Of a stretch of 64,000 nucleotides of DNA, positions 13,401-25,400 are shown in pieces (the first letter of the stretch is position 1; each line of letters starts with the position of its first letter). A model generated the notes under the pieces. The model ran no database searches. It was not told where the DNA came from and saw only the letters and a list, made by a program, of their open reading frames with translations. The translations under genes and the position numbers were made by a program. The stretch comes from Stylophora pistillata (taxonomy: Eukaryota), in the NCBI RefSeq assembly GCF_002571385.2, contig NW_019218050.1, positions 152,333-216,332 of the forward strand, read 5' to 3'.

Positions 13401-16400
13401 ATTTAGTTGTATTTTGCTCCCCTTATCTTTATGTATGTTATTGTTATTTCTGTACCCATTTTTTGTTTGTGTGGCTCTTAAAACTGAAACACTTGTCTTG
13501 TAACTGAAATGGTTTTGTCTTTTCAGAGCACATGTTTGTCAATTTTACAAAGTATCCTTGACTTCAACAACGATCAAGAATTCTCCACAGCCTTGAAGAC
13601 TATTCCCCTGGAGCCTTTGTTAAGCTTATTGCAGATCAGTGATGTTGACAGTGGTGCATTTGACCTGCGACAGACAGACTCACCCCCTCCTTATCCCTCA
13701 GCCAGTCATGACAGGCAAAGATATCGCAAGAGAAGCACTTGTAGTCAGAGTTCTTGTGATGAGCGGGCGAGAGAAATGTCCCCAATAGTCCAAAGAGGCT
13801 CTGTACAGAGAAATAACTCTGGAGCATCAGATGCGCGATCTGACTTCTGGCCACAACATGGCTGTTATGTGCTGCAGAAAAAGAACAGCATATGCAGTGT
13901 GGGAAGTTCAGCGGATGGGGATCATTCATTCCCTCTCTACAGGTATTCATTCTGTCTTTCTTTTGCAAGACTGAACCAAAATTATTTTCACTGCCATGTT
14001 CAGTGTTCTCCTTTTCAACCTGTAACCAACAGTTCCTCTTATTACCACGTGACATCTTTGGGAATTCTTGAAAATTTAACAGGTGAAAGCATTGCTCTAC
14101 CAGTTTGAAAATTTATTTTACCTGACGTGCTTAAGATTAGGGAGAGCACCACTTGTTGGCCATCTACCATCCCATTATCAGCATATGTATATTGAATAAT
14201 TGTCTAATGAGCTGATGATGATGATGATGATGATTTTTATTTAACTCAGCTCGGTTTTACAGGATATATACGTAATTTCCGGCCGTTTACGCGCGCGGGT
14301 AATCTGTTGATTTTGCCTTAAACACGCGCCACTGCGGGTAATAGGGAGTGCGGGTTATGTGACAATTTTGAAATCTACTGGCGGTTGAATTGAAGAAAAT
14401 TCTCATCTACCTGCGTTTCCACCTCTCAGATGAATTTTATTGTATTAAGAGTGCCACAAAGCGGCACGAAAACTTGATGCCGACTCGAGTTTATTTCACG
14501 CACAGTTAGACTAGGTTTACACTAGAGGAGAGTTTTCCGGATTCGTAAATGTTTCCGGATTCATCAATTTTGGAGTATTCGGATTCGTAGGCGTTTACAC
14601 TGAAAGGATATTCGGATTCCTGACCGTTTACACACAACGACAACTCTGGGAACATTCGAAATGAAATGGTTACCAAGCCCAGTGTTGTTTCGTCGTTCGA
14701 TCGTCAAAGTTNNNNNNNNNNNGTGCGGGTAAACGGCCGGAAGTTACGGTAGGTTAAATTTACATAGCAACTAAACACATTACAGCAAAGGAATAAGCAG
14801 AAAAAAATTAGCAATAGAGGAGGTAGCTTGTTAGGATCATTCAAATAGCAAAGGCTAATCTAGGTATGTCTCTGCAGCCCTGGATTTGGTCATAACCACC
14901 TTCCATTAATGGATCTGCACTCCAAAACAATGCCTAGAGTAGTTGCCACAAAAATGCTGTCAGCCAGCAGTATTCATCCAAAGATGCAGATGGAACTTGG
15001 CAAGACAAGGTACAATAATCTCTTCATTGTAGCTTGATATCTTTATTCCTGTGTGGAATACTTTTTTTTAAAATAAAGGTTCCAAATTGTCTATCAAACG
15101 TTAGCCCACTGAAAAGATGAGTTGTGTTTTATAGGCCACTTTCCTTACTTCTGGACACACTGACAGACGGTAACCCGGAAATTGTGATATACTGTGTTGC
15201 AACTATAGCAAACATTGCAATGAATGTGGACAATCATATGCAGGTAAATGTAAACTGGTTTAATTGGTATTTAAGAATAGGTCCTGTCAGCTAACTGGCG
15301 GTGACTTTATATTCTCATGTATTTTGTAGATTGATTTGGCTGGAGGTGTTGATGGCCTTAAACAAATGCTGAGCTATGGAGATGCAAGGTATCTGTTAAT
15401 GATAATTGTCTTAACTTCAAAAAGGAGCTATACTTTTTTTAAGGATAAAAAACAAAACAAAATACAGTACATATGAAAGATTAATTTGTATAGACTACGA
15501 TTGTCTTGAAGTGTTTTGTTCATTGCACGGGTCTTTTTCAATTTGTTTCTCTCATTCACAACCTTTTATTTTTTCTTCTGTTGACCAGCTTTCTTTAATT
15601 GTGTTGCAGAGTACGATACCATGCCGCTCGTGGCTTAATTTATCTTGGTTACATTGATGTCGGAGGAGTTTATCTCTTTAAACGTGTTCCAGGTAAGTTA
15701 AAGAAATATGTTCCAGTGGTATGCATGGACTCTGAACATTTTTTGGCAGTGTAAATATATGCTAGGTGTTGTAATGAAGGACTCACGCCCTAACCAGGCA
15801 GATAGCAATACACTATACTTCTAGTTGCATCGTGCCTTAGAAACGCAAAGAGTCTTCGGGGCACCTGGCTCGAAAGATTTTAACTTCACTGGTTTGTCTG
15901 CAAACTTCAGGTGATGAAAAGCTTGACGTTTTGTTCTCAGAGTCAACCACTGGAGAGGAACACCTCTATGTCAGGTTAGATAAATAGCAACTGTTACGAA
16001 CGGAAGTGCCAGTACAGTCACGTGGAAGACCAAATTTTCTCTCCTTGATGAGTTACAAAATTTTATAGGTATGGGGCTTCGCTGCGCGCGCGTTGTGAGC
16101 TCCGCTGCGCGCGCGTTGTGAGCTCCGCTGCTATTAATTTCCTGAACTTAAGCTGCTTTTTGCGAACGTTTTTTCTCCCAGGCACAATAAAGGAAGCAAA
16201 GGATTGTAACTCAGATTGCGGAAACATATAACATGATTTTGTTTTGCGTACCTTTTTAGTGTTGGAATCAAATTTGTTCAATGTTGATCAATAGAAGTTG
16301 AATGGTTATGAAGTACATTGGATTTGTAGAGAAATTTTTAGTAAATTTTATTGTTTGACCTGAAGTTTCTATTATTCATCCGTAGAGGGGCTACAGTGGA

Positions 16401-19400
16401 GAAAATCGTTGAGATCATCACTAATAACCCGTCCCTTTTGTGGGGTGGTTTGACTCTACCACCTTGGTCTGGACGCTCAAAGAAACATTCCTGGTACAAA
16501 TCCAGCAGCTCTGGAAACAAACACATGCCTAGTGATGACCACATTGTGGATTTTTTGCTGACAACTTACAAGAGCTATGTACATCCCTCCATCCTTATGA
16601 GATTGCTGCTTCATAGGTAAGCGGGCCGGATAAATCCTGAAATCAACGTTGTAGTATATTATTTTATTACACCACTCGGGCAGTCAGAGGGCCAATAACT
16701 AAAATCAACCAATCAAAATGCTCTATTGCCGGTCCATTATTCTCTAAGTATTGGACCGGGCACTGTCCCGAATGGTCCCGAATGATACCGCACTTGTGTC
16801 CCTTTGAACTTCAGTCGTATAATAAATCTCTTATTAACCAAGCTTGCTCGGGACCGTACTGGAAGAATATCGGCCCTAGGTCTTTTTTGTACGGACCTCG
16901 CTGCGCTCGGTCTGTGCTGTCAAGACCTCGCTGCGCTCGGTCCGTACTGTCAAGACCTCGGGCCGATATTCTCCCAGTACGACCCTCGCGCTGGGTTAAT
17001 AAGATATATATACCACACAGATACCAAAAACGAAGTTTATTTCTCTCAATTTTCCGAAAAGTGGTCGGAAATTATTGTCTCATCGGCTGCTCGGAGGCAA
17101 ATGATTGTAGCTATTCACTTCCGAACTAACCATTCGGTGCGCGCTAAAAGCGCTATTCTCTTGCGTGGTATAAACTAAATTAAGATATTTGACATAGCTC
17201 CCTGAAACGTACTTACATGGTATCGCCAGATTGCTTTTACACCTTATTCCCCTTCAACTTATCTTCGGTCTTTCACTTGTAGATTTCATGACCCCTGGTT
17301 TGGCAAGTACTTTGATGGAGACCCGTCCACTGGGCAGATGCAAGACTACAGTCCACTTCCTGTATTGCACATTCATTTGATGAGATTATGGACAGCCTGG
17401 CTTGAAAAATGTCCTGAAGAGTTTGTTAGTAACCCTGTAATAGCAGTAAGTATCTTTGGTAGTTCGTTTGTAGTTTATTCTAAAGTGATCCTCTCTACTT
17501 TCAACAATTTACTGTTGAAACCTGGTAGTGTTATACATAATTCTTCAGCTCAAGAGAGCGTGTGTTTTTGTTTTTTTTGTTTTTTTTTTTTTTGCGACCA
17601 AATCTCTACAGAGGTCCTACTTGAAAATTAATGCCAGTCACTTTATTTTTCAACTTGGGGCAAAAGCCTTGATTATTGAATGTTGAGATGATTGCGAATA
17701 ATTCGATTAAGACTGGTGCCCCTTGAACACCCCACAAAGAAGTAGTTGTATTTATGAGTTAAGTTATGAAAAGGCATTTTTTTTACCTCAAAAAAAAAAA
17801 AAAAATCTTTATGTAAACATCAATACTGACACGTTTTTCTCACTGCCTAGTCCGAGCTGAACGAAGTTATACATCCTCTAAGAAAGGCTGGTGGTCCCTA
17901 CCTTCCGTGTGCAGAAATCTTGGCAGATCTCATCCAGACCCTGATAGTAAGCCTCACTCACAACAGTTTAATGTCATTTTTCTTGCCAACTGTACGTGCT
18001 TTTTGTTGTTGTTTTTCTTTCTTTTGTGTGCTAAATTTTAAGTTCTAACGGTGTAGACAAGGTATACCTACCAAAGAGTACGGATAGTAGCTCCCGGTGT
18101 TGTGGTCTCGCCTTGTTCCCGAGAAAAATCCAAACTTGGGGGCACTTGCAAAATTCTAAACTACTCACTGCAATCCGGCCAAAGTCCCCCTCAAAGTGTT
18201 GTGAAGCGTAATATAGAATAGTAATATGGAGAATGTGCCATATAAATTTATCATCATCGCCGTCAAACCTTAACGGTTAAAACATCCTTGATTTCAGGAA
18301 AGGGAACGAAAGAAGCACCACCGGGACAGATTCCAGGCAAACCATTGTCACCATGCCATTCTTTATGAACAGGTGAGGAATGAGTCTCAAGCGGTCTTCT
18401 TGGTGAAGAAATGACGAAGAACAATTTAAATAGAGAGTGTAGCAGAAAAAAGTAGTTTTGAAGTGGTGTATCCAGCAAGATGAGTCAACCTCGAGTGAGG
18501 ATTATACAGACCACTCATGTTGATGCTCTCTTTCTGCAGTGTCAAAAAGCAGTCGTAAGCGGAAGCTTGCCTTGTGCGGTTGAGGATTCTATTTACCTGA
18601 GTGCACTACAACTATATATTGAGGTAAGTGGACTAAACTTCGAGCATCTACAAAATAAACATTTGTACTCCGCTTTCAGAGCAGTCTTCAATTGAGTGTG
18701 AAAAAAAAACAAAACTAAACTAATCCCCGCAACCAATCGGAGCAAAGGCTTACATTATCATTAACCAATGAGAACTTAAGGGAAAACAAGCACACTGCTT
18801 AAAGCGCGGGAAAATTAAAGTGCGGGAAGACGCGGGTGGCAGTCGCGATTGTTTTTAGTTTTGAGCAGAGTTTCCCTCGTAGTTTTTGGAAGGTGTGAAA
18901 CAAGGAAATATGGCTTAGTGCGGGTGCGAAGACCTTTGACAAAATAATTCAGACTGGACTGCAGACGATTTCATTACAACGCTATAGAGCGCTTGAGATT
19001 GAGCACCGTAGAAAAAAAGAACAGTTTTAAATTACCTCAGCCAGTCGCAACAAACTGAGGTGTTTGTTTGATTATCGCAAAAATAATCGAGAAGTCGATG
19101 TTACCAAATTTAACCAGAAAGTAACGATTGGTTTAAGTTTGGCATTTGATTGGTAAAGACGGTGGTGGTGCGAGTTTTCTGGACCAATCGAGGGACGAAA
19201 GGCGAAAAACGAAGGTCGACAGTCTGAAACAACAACAACAGAAAAACCACCAATTTAATCTCGTAACATATTTAAGACTAATCTAACAAGTGTTTATAAA
19301 TCTGCACAGGATCTTCTCCCAGTGGAGGTGCGGGGAAAGCAACGTCTCTTTCAACCCTCCAGTAGAGAGAAGTAAGACCTTTTTTACAACATACCGAACG

Positions 19401-22400
19401 CTCTGAAGACACTTTTATTCATTCATTTATCTATTTATTTCGGTTATTTTATTCACTTTTGAACTCTTCTTACCCAGAGATGTTATTTGCGGAAATTGTG
19501 TTTTAGACTCGTCTGTCCTTGATGAAAGTTCATCGTGTTTTGAAGATGTTTTAATTATTCATGCGAATTTTTTTCTAGGTTATCAGTTTCTCGTATCAAG
19601 TTGAGTTTGCATCCATCTATGTAGAAAGTAAAGAATATGGGAAAAAGGTCAGACACATTGTAGTTTTAGATTCACCGTGACTTGTTTGCTTGTTTGGGTG
19701 TTTTCTATGTTAAATTAAATAAAATTAGTGACAGGAGGGGAAGAAAAAAAATCTTGTTGTCAGCGTAAAATTCTGTAATATTTGATTTTCTCTTGTACAG
19801 AATCAAGGCTCAGTACGAACAGTTTGTGACCAGCGGTATGTCGGAGAGGAATGGTAAACACAACTACATCGACTACTGTCAGGCTATGCCAGGATACGGC
19901 TGCCAGTTTTACAAGCTGAAGGTAAGCTTCTGAAACTTGGAAAAACAAATTTACAGGATGTATGTGTACCTTTTTGTTGTTATCTCTTTTTAATCTCTTT
20001 CCGCTGAAATTGCTTGAAATAGAAACGAAGCTGCCAAATTGTTGTTTACCATTCAAGTAGATAATTCTTGTCCGTATTTTATGAGGCTAGTTCACCAGGA
20101 AGTTTGCCACTGTGTGGTAATAAAAGAAAAGTTATGTTCGCTTGCATAAATATGTTTTGGGTTCAACTCAGAGTCACTTTAGCACGAACCGTTACGCGAG
20201 AGTTAAATTGAGTTCTGAGAAGGGCTAAACATATTCATGCCCAAGAATTTAAGTTATATTACTATTATTATCACTTTGAGGGCATGGAGAAAATAAGAAC
20301 TGAAAAAAAAAAATGACAACCAAACAGTCTGAAAATTTTTGCGAACGAGCGAGCGGGCTAGCCCGCCAAAATCTCTATTTCAGCCCTACAAAGTGATAAA
20401 ATGTTTTTTTTTTTTGTTCGTGTATTGCAAATGTCATAGGCGCCAATGAGGTTGAAAGGTTATTTTGAATAGTATTCAGTGGTTTAATTTTGTTATCATT
20501 CGCATTGGAGTGAAGATCTTGCCCACTGCAGCCATATTTATCGTTACTATTTCGAAGAAAAGTTTCTTATTTGTTTATTATATTAATTATTTTACCACGA
20601 GTAAGGGAACAAGAAAAGATCCAATTCTAGGCCACCCTTCTTAATCTATAACTGATTGCTACACGTTTTTGTTGTGTCCTAAGGAATGTTTGGGAACTGA
20701 CAACCCCAGGGGTGGTCCCCTAAGATGTTACTTTGGGGTCAGTCCTCGGAAGATCACAATTTTGGACGAGAAAACAAAGGTAAGAGAAATATGTTATTTT
20801 TTAATTTGGACTTAAAAAAATTGTGTTCAGATGAAGCTACGATACTACGGATAAGGTCTGCAGTGCATAATTCTAGGTCAATATTTCTTTTGTATTGTTT
20901 AAAGAAGAAAATGGAGTGGTATTGTTTCAATTTATTGCACTATTGACTTTTATTAGGCTGTTATTGGAACGTGGCAGTCCAAGGAACTGAAAAGGTGGCG
21001 GTCTTTAGCAGAAGACACCCGACTCCGCTTAGAATTCATTAACAAGACGTTCGAATTTGTGTTAGAAAACAAAGGGTAAGCACCCTTAGTGAGCCTCACT
21101 TAGTTTTTCTCTGTAGGAACTGATTATGTAGTTCTCGAAGTTTTGAGATAATCAGATAATCGATGTGCACTCAGTTGACACTGATGGATTTTGGTTTTCT
21201 TGGTTAGTAATAATTTCCTATTCATTTCAGTGTGTTCAAAGAAATCAATGATGCGCTTCTGCTGTGCACTAAAGTTGAGTTACAGGTGAGTTGACCCTTT
21301 CGGTCGCATTTTTAAGATCACACTCTCGTTCTCCTCTCTTCTTGTCGAAACATGTCCTTTCCTTTCCAAGGAAATATCTCTGAAATGTCCTTAAATTTAT
21401 CCCCAAAGGATGAAGAAGTTCAAATTGTCACCGGGTTTCATGTCTGGTTATTTCAGATTCTTGCGGGGCAGGATTTTTCTCCATGGAGTAAATACGCTGA
21501 GGAAACTGAAATGTGGGGACAACAGGCCTTGGAAGCTGTTGCTCGAAAACCTGCGTTTTACTCTGATAAGTATGAAAGCGACTCAGGGGTTTCCAGATTA
21601 AGGGCTATCTCCTTAGCTTCTTCTGTTCCTGATCAGTATGCAGCTAAAGTGAGAAGGCATCTGTCCACTCTAGCAAAGCTGTCTTCTTCCGCGCCGTATC
21701 AGCAAGGAGCATTACAGCAGAAATGTGACCGAGATGATGTCATGGCTCTAAAGACTAGTGCAGAGGCTGTTTTGCCTGCCACAGGTTTGTTAACAGCGCG
21801 TATGACAATTGCAATAGTGTTGTGTGAACTAATGGATCCTCATTTTAAACTCACAATTAAAAGTCTTGTATTGAAAACTAAGTGAACAAGGAGGTGTTTT
21901 CGAGGTTCATGATTTATAAGCTTTCCTCTTGTTCTCCTGCATCCCCCTTAGTTTCATCACTTCATAGAGCCCGGAAAATGTGTTCTATTGCTGAAATAAT
22001 TTTTTTTTTTGACGTTTCAGGAGCAGCTATCTCAGTTGCTGGCAGTCCTGGCAACGTATCAGTGGCGTCCCATGCATCCGGAGACCTTCTTTTGGGCTCC
22101 TTACAGAGCACTTTAGACCCAAATAAGGGCTCTTGGGAGCCAGGGTCACTTCCGACAAGCGATCAGAGGAGACCATCGAGTAAGGAACTTGACGCGTGTT
22201 TAGGTAAAACTTTGGACGCAATGGCAGAGGGAAGAAAGAGAGAAATGAATAAATAAATAAATAAATAGATAAATAAATAAATGAATAAGCAATTGCAGCA
22301 GAAGTAATAGTGTTGTTTTAAAGCTAAAACAGGCCATGTACCCTATGAGTTTTTCTTCAGCTCTGTTGCTTCACTTGATTTGATGGGTTTCTTAAATTCT

Positions 22401-25400
22401 TTTACGGACAAACTGTTGTTTCATGGATCATCATCTAAATGCCTCATCATTGTTGCAAGATAATTTTGTTCGATGTCTTGAGCCAAAATAATTGAATTTG
22501 GACGGAAGAGGTATCTAGACATTTCTTTCATCGAGTCATCTTCGATAGCGTCATCTAAAAGCTAGCCACTACTACTGAGGGGTTAATCAAGACGTAGTTC
22601 CAAAGTGTTAATTAACTTTCATATGACGAATAGACGAACAGATGGTTGATTAATCTTGTAGGAAGCAGTGAAGCAAGCGCTGATGACTCCAATTCGCCAA
22701 CAGAGCGCCACGCTCTCGACCCTTCGGGCTCTTTCCCTGTGGGACAGGACTTGAGGAATTTGGCATCCAGCGATCGCCGCCCCAAGTATTCAGCAAATAG
22801 TAACGCTTCTTCATTGGGGAGTGATACGCCCAGTTCAGGACAAACCACGCCCACGTACAAGGGACCGTTTAGTTCGACGCTACGCGACGATGACGATTTT
22901 GAAAGTGTAAATCGGTCTTTCGGTCAGAGCTCTAATGGACTGTTGTTAATTTGTCAATGCCCCCCAGACGCTGAGTTGCCGGGATTCGATCGGCGAGACT
23001 TCTCGTAAGTACATCTTGAGTATCGTTAGTAGATAATGTAGAAATAAAAAAAAAGGATGGGTGGGGCGGAGATATAAAGAGGGAAGAAAGAAAGGAAGGG
23101 GCAGTGTCTTTGTGGGTTGCAAGGAAGCTAGCAGCAGAGCGTTTGGGACGAGTTGTGAGAGGGAAGGTGGAAGAGTATTGTGGATCTTAATAGATGAAAA
23201 AGTATTAGAAAAGTTTGGGTTCTATGCTTATTACCTTTCTTATTTCGATGCAGGCCTTTTGACTTGCTTCAACATCCCAAGGAGTTGGCACGACAGATCA
23301 CACTTATTGACCACGGTAAGTACAAAGTACTAGTTTCACACAATGGCCTGCATTCAATTGGTCATATTTTATTGTTTATTTCAACTGAAATCAGCCTGAA
23401 TGATAATTTGACAGATTGTTCTATCTGGTCAAATGAATATCATTGCAAGATGTAGTTCACGAATATGTAGCCCTTCTCGATCTGGTTTGCGAGTTGTCCA
23501 CCAGGAGCTTAGCAATCATTCTCTGTCAGCGGTCATTGTCACCAGTAGAGGCTCGAACGGAACGTCAGCGTTCAGAGCAGTCTGCGTAACACAGCGGTCA
23601 GACGTAAGGCATGCGCAAGAAGCTCAATCTGGGTCGCCCACGCGCCAATTTCCCACTTAAAATTTCTAAAGAAAACATAAACAATCGCTGTCACGCCATT
23701 TTTTTCGGCTTTCTTTTTCAGAGTGTTTCTGTGCAGTGTCGTCAGCTGACATCCAGAAGAAGATTGCCATGGGAACGGGCAAGAAACGGAAGGTGCCACC
23801 TGAAGAAAGACTGTCTGTGGAGAAAGTTGCTGACAGATTCAATCAGGTAATTTAATTAACAAATTTAGCTGTAACTTCTCTACGTGGAGGGCTCTTCGCT
23901 TTGTTTTCCAGGTCCATATTAGAATCTTAAGGCTTTTGGTTTTTGGAAGAGAGGAAAACCGAAGAAATCCGGGGAAAAACCCTTAGAGCAAGAACGGGAA
24001 CCAACACAAACTTGCCCCTCATGTAATGCTGGGAGTCGAACCCAGGCCACAGCGGTGGAGATGAGCACTCTCCCCATAGCACCATCCTTACCTCTCCCGG
24101 CATTCCCCGAACAGCTTGGCGACCACCTTGTCTCTGTGTTTGCTAGTAATTCTACCCTGAAAATAAACGTGGTTTGACTGCAGTATCCAACATTGATATT
24201 CAAAGCTGAAGGAACTTACGGCTTACTGTTCTTTGCATTTTTTTTAGCTGAGTACCTGGGTAGCAGCCACGATTGTTACAGAAAAATCAGTGGAGAAGCG
24301 TGCCACAATGTTCATTAACTTCATCGAAACAGCCAAGGTAATGTCAAACATCCCATGAGCCACCAGGGCTTCACCTCATCCCTCCGCTACTTTTTGGAAT
24401 CCCGAAGTGGATCAATTTGTGACCATTCACCTCGCAAGCCATGTGAGATTAGCACCAATGCCTTATTAGACTCGGCACTACGTGCAGCTGCGGGTGTGGT
24501 TTCTTCTTATCGTTTTACTTTTCTTACTCTCCCAGATGTCTTTTGACATTGTGATGTCTTTTGACATTGTGTTGTCTTCTGAATTTTCAGCTGTGTTTAG
24601 AGTTGAGAAACTTTAACGCTGTAATGGCTATTGTTGTGGCGGCTCTGGGCAGTGCACCTGTGAGACGACTTCACAAAACAAAAGAGGTGAGGCTCCAAGG
24701 CTTGTCCATCGCTGCCTTCCAGAACCAACCTTTCTGTTTCGTCAACCGGTTCACTTCCATTCTAAGTCTGTTCTTAGGCCTTCTGTTTTCATTGAGATCA
24801 TCATTCAGAGCGCGAGCGAAATAAACATCGCAAGGATTTCACAAACGTGAACAGATGGCGATGGAGATGGAGAACGACAAAAGAAGTTTTCGTTCTCCGC
24901 GTTCATTCATGCGCGCATGCCTTACAGGCTTCTTTGCTTAACTCAAAGAAAGGGAACAGCTGGAAACAGACCATTCCTTCCCGCATGGCAAATACTTCAT
25001 TTCTTTTTCTTTGTCAGACGGCCAGGGAAACCATACTATTAGTGCTGACTAGAAGTGTATTTCTATTTTTGTTTTTAGTCAACTTTTCTCAATTTTCAAG
25101 CACTTAGTTTTGCTTAGTTCTTGGTCTAGTCGAATGTTGGCTTCCTAGTTCACGGATGGAGTCACATTCAAACAAGCCGGATAGGTTTTCAGTCTTGTTA
25201 TCTTATACTTGCAGCTCGTTCCCAAAGAAGTCCTAGAGCAGTACGCCAAGATGGAAATACTTATGGATACAAAAGTAAGTCTTGGTTGAGGTAAAACCAT
25301 TATAGCTTAATCGTTTTCCGTTTTGATGATTTGCACCATTTTTGTCTCCTGTGCCTGACTTGGTATTACATTTAAGGAGAAACGACAATCCGCGGCAAAA

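Noticed and set aside
13636-14055. 139-aa minus-strand ORF and similar antisense ORFs (6621, 9752, 10959, 56113-58364, 62735)
   Set aside because: Shadows of real plus-strand exons; no motifs or independent splice structure.
16782-17178. 115-aa and 124-aa ORFs with internal repeats
   Set aside because: They lie in the palindromic family B repeat inside a RasGEF intron; no protein-family signal.
19622-19624. Selenocysteine or pyrrolysine recoding of the in-frame stop
   Set aside because: The codon is TAG, not TGA, pyrrolysine is not used in animals, and other genes here use TAG as a normal stop (SLC35C2).
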